Assembly: GCF_006345805.1 (NCBI RefSeq)
Contig: NC_043000.1
Span: 104,284,001 to 104,348,000 of the forward strand
DNA from: Octopus sinensis
Taxonomy: Eukaryota
DNA length: 64,000 nucleotides
Reading direction: 5' to 3'
The stretch's first letter is position 1, and every line of letters starts with the position of its first letter. The notes beneath the pieces were generated by a model, which did not search any database, had not been told where the DNA came from, and worked only from the letters and a program-made list of their open reading frames with translations. The position numbers were made by a program, and so were the translations under genes. Shown piece after piece: positions 27,800 to 38,057 of this stretch.

Positions 27800-29250
27800 A
27801 CAACAAAACCTTCATAAACTAGAACTTCCTAAAGAAGTATTGCCCTTACCAGAATTAGAATCCCTATATGAAGGTCAATCACGCAATATCCTGTTTGGTA
27901 TAATATATAAAATAAAACCATCATCAACCAAGCAACCATGAATACCCAAACTCTCAGAAGTAGAATTTCAAAAGACAACTCAGAACCACAAGAATCTGGT
28001 AGTGTCAACAGCGTTAAACACTGCCTGGGGATTACTACGATGCAGCGAAACAGTGCAATATGTCCATTACGTCTACACCCGCTTATCGGTACAAATACAA
28101 ACACCGAATATTTAACTTAAATCGTAACATACATATAGCTGTGAAACGCAGAAATTATAACATACATCATAGAAAAGAGATATATCCCCAATATGGACAC
28201 TTACATAAAAAAAATTATGGAACTTAAAAACAGAGATCTTTAAAACAAACCGGCGAATGTATTGAATAAAAGTTATTGAACACATTCAGGGATACACGGA
28301 AAATAGCCCAGATTAATCGAACATTAACCAATATACATTGCTATCCAACAATTTATGACATATTTAAAACACGAACCAAACGTTAACTAGCGTGTGCATG
28401 TATATACACACACACACACACACATTCATGTAATTAGAAGAAATTTAACAAAATTGTATTTGAACACATTGTGCAGACAACATGACGTGAATTAATGAAA
28501 CAAGTAAGATAGATGCTGAGCTCCTTTTAAGATAATTGGCAATAATTTTGTATTGATGAGGAAATATTCAAAACAAATATGTCCTCTTCCACCGACAGCA
28601 CATATTCAAATCACAAGAAAATGATTCACCAACATATAAACAAATTTTTCACTGAATAGCGTATGTTTTCCTCATCCGTTGGGTTTGGGTTTCATAAGTA
28701 ATTACAGAGACAGACGTAATACTGTCTACATTCACATATATGGTAGAGCTGCAGTCACTAGCTAACCAGCTGAAAATAACTCAGGTATATATGCTTGCTT
28801 AGTAGAGAAAGGGTGGAGTGGGTTCACTGGGTGTTGCCACCGACTCCGAACTCTAGACGAAACATAATTTAGCATTGAAATGTACAATGAATAGCAGACA
28901 CACAAAAACAATTGATGACCTGGACATTTAATTCAATACAAGCACACATTAACGTCGTAGGAGAAAATACACTAGCAAAGCGAGTTAAAGACCAAAAAAC
29001 CCATTTCAAGAATTTGTGGCCTATGCTGAATCATTCTAACAACCTGTGGAAGCTATGACGGTACGCAGTAGTTCAAGAAGGGATGCAGTTGTCAGCCACG
29101 AAATTAGGCCATCTGATTTAGAAAGTTGACATTCTGTCAGAATGAGATCAATTAATGTACATCCTTACCTTTCCCTATATGTTACAGACATTAAACTATC
29201 CTAAAATTACATAAATATATAACTGCCAATGAATCAGAGCTACATATACA
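27800..29250 (+). mobile_element. Possible decayed Penelope-like RT remnant
   Basis: Scattered broken-frame traces (NNF..EIFK near 28540, LDI near 28920). No intact ORF. Confidence 0.3.
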
Positions 29251-31401
29251 CACACATCTATTCACAATCTGCATGAGTGCCGATATACGTAACATCTGAG
29301 AGAAGGCGGAATGCCGAAATTATCAATCGCCCACCATAGTATAGTAGTAGTAACAGCAAAATGGCTTTCTAGAACCATCTTACAACCATTATTTTAAAGT
29401 CCAACAGTTGTTATAAATGTATATAGAGACTTATTACAAGATCAGTATCATTTTATCGACACAAGAAATATGTAAACTAACGTAGAAAACCAACAGTATT
29501 TAGTCCGACACCAAGCATTCCTATAGACAAGCGTCGTAAATTATCTAGTGCTCTATAAACCGTAATTAGTTCGGATCTGTATGTTACGAATAAACATCGT
29601 AACTACGATTCTACAAAAAATTAAAATTTTCTTCCATAGAGGTAGATTTTAGCTCCTCCACCATTTATGATTATACAGTGCCTCATTCTTTTTTGGTTGT
29701 GCTTTTAAACAACGTAGATTCTAATTCTTCAAAAAAATATGCGTCACATAAATCCGAAAAAAAAAAAATTCGAAAACCAACACTGGGTGGGGGACCGAAA
29801 TCTCCCTCCCCCACTTTTTTCTTCAGTACCGATATTTCCGATGCTGGAAACAAGCATCTAAAGAAATCACAGCTTTTGGAATAATAGACCACTTACGACG
29901 CTATTCCATAGAAATACCCAGCAGTGTTTCCAGAACACTAAAACAAAAGAAAAAAGTTAACACTTCTCTACGATCTGGAGAAGAGAAACTTCTGGAAAGA
30001 TTCTAGTAGACCAGACTTAGAATGCAGTCGCCATTATCACTAATGAGAAAAGCATGAAAGTCACAATCGTATCCGAAATACCTACACGTGTGTGTGTGTA
30101 TAGACACACACACACACACTATTAAGATTAAACCCACCCACGTACTAATTGCTTCTGTTAAAAGAAGGCCAGCATTCCGATAGTGGTTAGGAATGTGCGA
30201 GAACTTTGCCAGAATAATGCAAACTGTTGTCGAGGAATGCTGTTATATATATATATATTGTAAGCTAAAGACAGAAGCCTAATAATATGCAAACAGTTGG
30301 TAGTTATTTTCTCAAGTATCGGGAAGCATTGTACTTTGCGTGTATTCATATATATATATATATAGATAGATAGATAGACAGATGAGACAGGAAGAAAGAA
30401 CCGTTAAGATATTTACAGAATGTTATCTTTTCAGTTATGTAACTATCGCTACTTCGGCCAGTTTTCAAACATGAATTAACATAAGTATTATGTACACACA
30501 TTGCATTGTCTCAAATACAACATAGAATATATATACTCGTGACTATGAAGAAACAAATATTTAATAAAAAGATTTTAAGACAATATAATTTAGGACAAAA
30601 ATGACCGACAGATTCCATATCGAGATGAATAAGCACTTAGAAAGCAAGGCATACAAGAAAACTGTAGTGGTCCAAATGTAGGCATTGCTTCCATTTACCA
30701 GTAATGGTTACAAACAGAGGTTCGAGAGTGGGGCACTTCCTTTCCAGGCAACCATGAAATAGAAGTGATTTTCCCTGTCTGAAGTAGGAGTTTTCATTCA
30801 AAATTAAAACTGAATGATAGATGGTGGACAGTGCCGGCCTCGACATGCTAGAAACGGCAGTCAAATCTTTTCAAAATCACGTCTTGCCATTTTAAAACCA
30901 GACAGGACAATGCAGACCTATTTATACGTATAATGTAACAGTTTCACTTTTCTTGAGATTTTACCTCCGTAATTTATAAGCTTCCACGTTCTATTCATGA
31001 AAAATATTCTGTAATTTTTTTTTAGTCCTTCATAGCTTTGCTGTTCTATAATATAAAATTAATTCAATTTGGATGCAAGCATTTATCCAAAACTTTTCTT
31101 CATTTATTAAAAATTCTCATTGAGCATTATTACTATTGCCATCAGCCATTTGTACTTGCGAAACTGAAAAGGGTACGTTATACTCCAAGATTGCGCAATA
31201 TAATCCTAAATACAAAAGGTCTGCATAACTGAATGGTCACAATGGGACTGCATTTGAAACACGTCAGCTTTAAAAAAAAACTTTAAAGACTTAAAAATCG
31301 GGCAATCCTATTGTTTATTTTTTTTTTTTTGCCTAAGGACAAAGTTTTGGACATTAAGTAATAATAATTTAAGAAAAAAAACGAGCTCTTGACTGACTCA
31401 C

Positions 31402-32199
31402 CTCTCTCAATGATATTTTAGCTTTATACCGTATATCATTTCCATCACGCGTGAAGACAGGATGCCGTTTGTCTCTGATGACAAACACAACATCTGCAGG
31501 TATATTATAAGGGGTTTGGTCTCCTTCTTTTGGAAATGTGATCTTCGTACCGGCTTTCCAACCGGGTTTGATATCTACTGTTAAGATTTTCTCTTCTCTG
31601 ACTTGTTTGTTCGACTGGACCATTATCGTTCGTGTGATTTTCATTTTCTTCGTGCAACCCGTGCAGATATCCTCAAGACTCACAGGTAGATCCTTGACAA
31701 TCGGTTTGTCTTGTTCCTTTTGTCGCCGGAACGACGGTCCACCCATATTAAAGCCATGTCTACCGAAGTGCGAGAATGGTTCATCTACATCCATATCATC
31801 GCCAACAAAACCGCCAGATTGGTGTTGCGATCTTTGATCACCTGGGAATGAACTAAACATAAACGAATTGAACGGGCCTTCATCCCCGAAAAACATCCTG
31901 AACGTTTCGTGCGGGTCACAGTGGAATGAGTAAGAGAAGTTTGCACCTTGTTCCCCACCCATACCACCGGGAACATTGCCCCTAAGTCCTTCTTCTCCAT
32001 AAGAATCGAATACTTTCCTTTTTTCTTTGTCGGACAGGATTTCATATGCTTCGGCTACCTCTTTGAACTTTTCTTCGGCTCCAGGAGATTTGTTTTTGTC
32101 CGGATGGTATTTCAGAGCCATTTTCCGATAGGCTTTCCTGATGTCATCTTCCGTTGCATTTTTATTGAGACCTAAGATTTTGTAATAATCTTTCCCCAT
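31402..32199 (-). CDS. DNAJB: DnaJ homolog subfamily B (DNAJB4/5-like) first coding exon: J domain, G/F region, CTD-I
   Basis: [10 protein letters not shown]...YHPDKNK...[11 protein letters not shown]...DDMDVDEPF...VSLEDI...KKMKITR...[12 protein letters not shown]; donor gag|GTGAGT at 31401. The exact vertebrate orthologue cannot be assigned. Confidence 0.97.
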
Positions 32200-32253
32200 C
32201 GTTTATATTTTGCGTTTTAAATCAATTTTTAAAACAAAATTCTATCAAGCCTT

Positions 32254-32363
32254 CTATTTATAAAAGAAAAAGGGAGTAATGGGATTGACTGCTTTTTCTC
32301 TCAATGTGTATAGATATATATGCAACAATTAAAGTATATTAAAAAAAATCCTAAATTGTTTAC
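32254..32363 (-). other. Possible 5'-UTR intron of DNAJB
   Basis: Minus strand tag|GTAAAC ... ccctttttcttttataaatAG. No transcript evidence. Confidence 0.4.
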
Positions 32364-32418
32364 CTACAATAGTTAAAAAGTGAAAGCTTCACAATCCAAT
32401 TACACGACATAGCATCGT

Positions 32419-32428
32419 AAAATGGCGG
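32419..32428 (-). promoter_or_regulatory. YY1 motif just downstream of the predicted TSS
   Basis: Minus strand CCGCCATTTT matches the YY1 consensus CCGCCATnTT. Confidence 0.55.
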
Positions 32429-32457
32429 TGTGAAAAGTGTGTAGTAAGACGCCGAGG

Positions 32458-32471
32458 CTATTTATAAATAG
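32458..32471. promoter_or_regulatory. TATA box (palindromic)
   Basis: ctatttataaatag is a perfect 14-bp palindrome, giving TATAAATA on both strands, 13 bp from the HSE. Confidence 0.75.
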
Positions 32472-32484
32472 TCTGTGACGTGTA

Positions 32485-32514
32485 CTTCTAGAACATTCGA
32501 GAACCATCTAGAAA
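32485..32514. promoter_or_regulatory. Heat-shock element, six alternating pentamers
   Basis: cTTCt aGAAc aTTCg aGAAc cATCt aGAAa (one core mismatch), upstream of an Hsp40 gene. Confidence 0.92.
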
Positions 32515-32515
32515 G

Positions 32516-32537
32516 CCAATCAGATCACGCCACGTCA
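32516..32537 (+). promoter_or_regulatory. ERSE (CCAAT-N9-CCACG) overlapping a UPRE (TGACGTGG on minus)
   Basis: CCAAT cagatcacg CCACG tca: exact 9-nt spacing; CCACGTCA at 32530-32537. A second TGACGTGT lies at 32476-32483. Confidence 0.75.
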
Positions 32538-32860
32538 CAGGTGATGTTTGTGTTATTTTATTACGACAGTAGAAACAAAAAAAAAACAATGACAGATAAC
32601 CTCCCTTTAATTAAGTTTAAATGCTGAACAGAAAAGCGGTAATTAGCAGCAAAACTGGTTAATTATCATGTTAATAGTTTCTTATACAAAGGCTGGAAAT
32701 ATCAGATCTAGTGGTGGTGTTGGGAGACATTGCGAGTGGAAAAGAATAAAAATGATTACTGAAAAAATTGCCGGTTCGCCATAAACTGATAAAATATGAA
32801 TTATAACACAACCAACGAATAATAATTTTTTTAACAAGGTATAAAGTATCCTGTGTATCA

Positions 32861-33427
32861 TACTTAAGGTGGATATACGGTAGAAAGCCACATAACTGTG
32901 GTATTCGTCTAGAGAAAGCATCTTATACAGACGTATTGTGCTAAAAAAAAAAGCACAGGAGAACATCAGTAGCAGACGAAAAGCGTCCAGCAGTGGCGGT
33001 GGAATGGCTAAATCTAGATTTCCGGGTATTTGAACGTCATCAATAGCAAGCACTCACTAGCAACCGCATACTTAGACAGATGTAGCTCCTACTGACAGAC
33101 AAAAACAGTATTTAACAAATCATTAACATCAACGAATTTTTACCAAGCCTTGCTGGCTATTGGTGACACAAATGATTTGTTAATCTGTTTTTGTATAGCA
33201 ACAGAAGCTAACTTTGTCAAAGCGTGCGGTTGCTGGTGGTTACTTACCACTGGTGATGTGCAAATACACAGAAATCTAGATTTAGCAATTCTACCACTAC
33301 TACTGGGCGCTTTTCATCTGCTACTGATGTTTTTCTGTGGTTTTTAGCACTATACGTCTATACGAGACTCTTTCTCGGAGCGAATAATGCAATTACGTGA
33401 TTGTTTACAGTTTATCTACGTTGAGTA
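32861..33427. repeat. Diverged inverted repeat (about 205 bp arms, 156 bp spacer)
   Basis: 32861-33068 versus the reverse complement of 33225-33427, roughly 80% identical. Explains the similar ORFs 32682-33053 and 33150-33347. Confidence 0.85.
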
Positions 33428-35310
33428 AGATAGACTGCAATTTTGAACTAATACTGTTTCCGTCACTGATGACGAATTTTTTGACAAAAAGTTTCAGATT
33501 CAATAGTTATGACAACGAATCAACCCATTTTATTCTATAAAACAAAACCGGATCACAAACTTTGTTTTTAGGATATTCCCAACAGGATCCGACTACATTA
33601 TATTTGTTTGCCAAATATTTCCTTTTGTGATATTTTATGCCTTTTCCTGCAGAGATATTAGTGAAATCAGCTGGCTGCTAATGCGAATCGAATACCTGTT
33701 TCTTGACTCGGATAGCAAGGCGTTTACTTTCACTCTACAGCAATCGCTGCCACCATTAGTGATAACAACAGGGTCCTTTACATGATTGCTCGACTTCCTA
33801 CAAATTGTAGCTAATACCATCTCCGCAGCGAACCAATAGTTTTCACATTTCGACTATTTATAATCATCTAATCTAAGCTGTATAATTTTTCATGGTTCAA
33901 GGCCAAATGTAAAGATAACTTTGACCAAGAGATCCAATGGTTTAAAGAAGTTTACTGTCTGGTTTTCTACAGGTTAAGTGTTGAAACTGGAAATATATGT
34001 TTGATGTCCCGTCGTGTACATACCGAAAGCTACAGTTTTTATCCGGGCTAGGCAAATCCGTTGCATCTATTTTTCCCTTGAAAGTTTCTTTACTAATAAG
34101 AAGAATCAAACACAAGCTTGCCCGTGAAATACGAGTGTTGAATGTACTGGTGAGCCCTTACTCTGATGTTGCGGTGGAACGAACAGCATTGTTAAATTCA
34201 CCTTGAAGGACAGGGAGTTTAAGGAAGCGAATGCATACGAAAGAAATTACATCTGAAATTAGAAAATCAGAGAGACTCGGACATTCGTTCCATGCGCGCA
34301 ATTGGAGTTTGTAACAATACAGTATTGTAGTAATGTTCATAGAAGATGAAGCAGGATCAACAGTTACATTACTGACACTAGATACTAGAGAATTAACCTC
34401 GACTATATTATCTGTTAACTCAATTATTTGTTTTACGTTGTCTCTTTTTTAGTAGATGGGGAAATAGCTTAGGCTGATCACGTCGGAGTCACCAATATAA
34501 AATAATATGATTAACAGTTGCAAGTTATAAAATGTGGATGAGGCTGGTTTCTATTCAGGTCACAATTTAAAATAAGAAGTGTGTGTGTGTGTGTGTGTAA
34601 CCAATGAATAAATTCAAATATCAAAATGATATAGAAAGTAAAAAAAAAAAGCAAATGATTAAATCTTCCAGCAATTTAACAAATTAATTTTTCAAATCTA
34701 AATAATGTCCCATACTTAGTCCGATAAAAGAAGGACTTGTACGAACATAATGGTCACGAAAATTTCAGTGCCTGATCCTTGAAGAAAAAATTGATATTGC
34801 AACATTTTTCTTCCTTTTGTAAGAGAAAGGGCATGTTAAATACAATGCGATAGATGAAAAAGAACCAGCACAAAGATTTTCAAAATGTGAATGAGCTCAA
34901 GCATGTGCTAAAAGAGGCAGTCAATTGCATTTTTCCTGTATTTGGTCGATATAAATAACGAATCACTGTAGTACAAGAATAAAGCCATTCTCATGAAAAG
35001 GAATGATAAATGTACTCAATGAGAGAAAAATACGTTTGTGTGTCTAAATTGTTATAGTCCGTCTAACGATAAAGAGAATTCACTCATGACTCCATTCTTC
35101 GCAGTTGTGCTGGCAACAACTGATCCATTTTTAACTGCATGGCACAATGTATTTGACTGGGAAAATTTTGACACCACTTGGCAGTGTCTCTAGCTAATGT
35201 CACGACAAAATAAGCTGACTAAAAGGACAGTCACGTGACTATCGGGTGCATATCACGGTTGAACAGACAAAACATCGTGACTTTGGTGCTGCGTGAACAC
35301 ATATTATAAA

Positions 35311-36154
35311 CTAGCAGAATTGCCCGGCGTTGCTCGGGGCTGAATTGCTTGAAAGTACTGTTAATGATTGCACTGAATTATGATGATTATTCAGGCAAAT
35401 ATTGATATAAGTTTACGGTGGGAGATAAGGACTTAACGATCAAACGTGTGCCATTGCATTGTTTTGGGGAACCAAATTTCTGATGAGCATTATAGGGGCA
35501 CCAACTTTAAGTTTGAGAAAGTGTGGTGGTAGTCCGGGGTGCTCAAAGGAATTGAGTACCTCTATTGGATAGTTGATGACGTCCTCTGGGTCAGGAGTTG
35601 TATCGATAGACTGATATACATAGACTTCCCCAGGAATGAGTTTTAGCATTTCATCATTAATATGGTGAACAGTTTTATTCCTCGGGGCCAGTATAGCCTT
35701 TTTGCCAATCCAATCCATATTCTGATAATTAGCTTGTAGATCTGGGAACACTGCATCTCTGAGATCAGAAGGCGTCTTAACAATGGTACAAATGGAATCG
35801 ATGGCAATATTACCATTTTCATCCCCTGGTATTTTGCCTTCGCCAAGTGCAAGGAGGGTGTGAGGAAATGCTGCTGATGTGATATTACGTCGCATATGAA
35901 CACGCATATTGGTGTGAAGTTTGAGAGTTACTTCCCTTTATTAAAAAATATGCATTAAAATGGAAAAAAATGATGGTAAATTATTTGTAAAATCGTAGAC
36001 TCATCGTAGACGCACGCTAATACCCAGAAGGGCTCGATATGAATCACGACTATAAGATACCCGGTTTTGGTTAAACTGCATCGCAAAATGTGGGAGTAAT
36101 TAGGAATCTAAATCGGAGTAGACAGACACACAACCTTTCTTTTGTATATAAATA
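35311..36154 (-). mobile_element. Internally deleted Helitron carrying a PIF1-helicase fragment
   Basis: 3' CTAG|T with hairpin cccg-N8-cggg; ORF 35907-35440 ...AILAPRN..V..IN...YQSID...LNS...GLPPH.L.LKVGAPIMLIRNL (RepHel helicase); 5' end shared with the 4640-4936 copy. Confidence 0.9.
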
Positions 36155-36157
36155 TTT

Positions 36158-36506
36158 TCGTCCTAAAAAACTTTGTATGGAGTGAATGGTTACCTCTATG
36201 GAAATATATACACACACGTTATACATACATGTGTGCATAGATGAATATATAAATACATTTATATATCTATATACACTTTTGGGCGATCTTTGTGCTACTT
36301 AGAGATAACTTTAGATCTTATTTTCGTCCTAAAAAACTTTGTGCGGAGTGAATGGTTACGTCTATGGAAATATATACACACACATTATACATACATCTGT
36401 GTATAGATGAATATATAAATACATTTAAATATCTATATACACTTTTGGGCGATCTTTCTGCTACTTGGATATACTTTAGATCTTATATTCGTCCTAAAAA
36501 AACTTT
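36158..36506. repeat. Tandem repeat, period 165-166 bp (about 2.1 copies)
   Basis: tcgtcctaaaaaacttt starts at 36158, 36324 and 36489. Confidence 0.9.
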
Positions 36507-36528
36507 CCTGTCACACACTCATACACAT

Positions 36529-36566
<38 letters not shown>

Positions 36567-36890
36567 CCTCACACACACACACACGCACACTCACGCACAC
36601 ACACACACACACACATTAGCTTACAATTTTATTTATATATTTGCGTGTCTATGTGTGTAAAGAGGAAGTGGGAATGCAGAGTGAAAGAGTGAAATGGTAA
36701 AATATTTAGTTTTCTCGAATTTTTTCTGAAATGGGGGTGAAATTGAAAGAAATTTTGTATGCCATGACCGAATAGAAGTACTTTGAAAAATCATAGGTAA
36801 ACTCTAATTGAAGAAATTGTGTGAGGAGTAAATCGTTATGTATTTATTTGTTTCTATTTGCTGTGTTGTTGTTTTTTTGAGTAGTGGTTT

Positions 36891-36954
36891 AAGGTACACT
36901 TCTCTCGTTTTATAAATACTTTAAGGTACACTTCTCTCGTTTTATAAATACTTT
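36891..36954. repeat. Perfect 32-bp tandem duplication
   Basis: aaggtacacttctctcgttttataaatacttt x2. Confidence 0.9.
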
Positions 36955-37028
36955 CACTTTAATGGTTGCACACTTGCAAAGAGACAGGAGGAGAAATTAG
37001 GGTGATAGCATCAGTGAAGCAGTTCGCT

Positions 37029-37075
<47 letters not shown>

Positions 37076-37499
37076 AGCCCACACTAAGAAAAGCACTTCA
37101 CTTACACACTACAATGTGAGTTTTCTCGAAATTTTGCTTAATTGGGGTTGAAATTTTAAAAACTGGACCTGGCACGACCCGATGTATTCTACTCTTAAAA
37201 ATGCTAGGTAAATTGTAATTGAAGAAATCCTATATTGTAGATTTCTATAAGAGACAAAGGGAGGCAGATAAAATCTGCCTTTTATAATAAGAGATACGCG
37301 CAAGTACTAAACACCCTACAAGGCGAGGATATTGCGATGTTGTACGAAGTAGTAAAATTTTTATTTTCATATATAACATAAACATGTACATCTTTTAGAA
37401 CATTGTCAATTTATAAGATTTTGCCGACAAATTTTTAAATTAACATAGACATTTATTTACATGAAAGAAATTTTCCAGAGAACTTTCATCTAATTCTTC

Positions 37500-37777
37500 C
37501 AAATCTTTCCCTTAAAACTGTATTGAAACCATTGGTCTCTTTCCATCACTTTTGTATAACCCCGACAGCTCCAGAACTGAGGGGATATTAATCCGAGCTT
37601 GGGCCTGCTTAATGATTGGGTTTAGCTTGGTGTGACGAGCGAAGCAACCAGTATTTAGGCTGCAAGATAGACCGTGAAGGCTTGTGGGGTCAAGGGGCCT
37701 ACCACAGTGACATCTCAGTCCCCTACAGACGTCAATTCCCACTCTGAGTGCGATAGAGATGCGGAGTTCAACTAGAC
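37500..37777 (-). mobile_element. CRE-like (RLE-type) non-LTR retrotransposon remnant, 3' half
   Basis: ELRISIALRVG...CHCGRPLD...LHGLSC...ARH..LN.IIK.A...IPSVLE..GL...DGKRP (zinc finger plus restriction-like endonuclease region). Confidence 0.7.
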
Positions 37778-38057
37778 CAGTGTTTCCCAAACTTTTCGCG
37801 TCAAATTGCAATATCGCCCACTTATCGACCAAAAATTGCTCCATCGCCCACCTGTGTAAAAAAAAACCCTGATACAACCATCCCCCTAACACTAAATCCC
37901 CTAGAATACCCCCTTGTATAATTTGACACACACACTATATTGTAGACTCATTGCTTGGTTAGTGCCGTTTGGACTAAATATGCAGTTGTTTACAAATTCC
38001 TTATTGTGGGTTTAGTTTTGCTGTTCGCTTGAATAAAATTCTAACGTTAAGTTTAAA

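Noticed and set aside
2973-32199. CAD next to a DnaJ gene as conserved synteny with human CAD-DNAJC5G
   Set aside because: The gene here is a class B Hsp40, not a cysteine-string (class C) protein; likely coincidence.
32682-33347. Two similar hydrophobic ORFs as a duplicated membrane-protein gene
   Set aside because: They are the two arms of one inverted repeat, with frameshifts in the second; no splice or promoter support.
33960-34430. Possible exon of a divergent gene or protocadherin fragment
   Set aside because: No cadherin or other recognisable motif in any frame; stops interrupt all frames.
37512-37931. 139-aa ORF as an independent gene
   Set aside because: Chimeric read-through from the hAT end into the CRE-like remnant.
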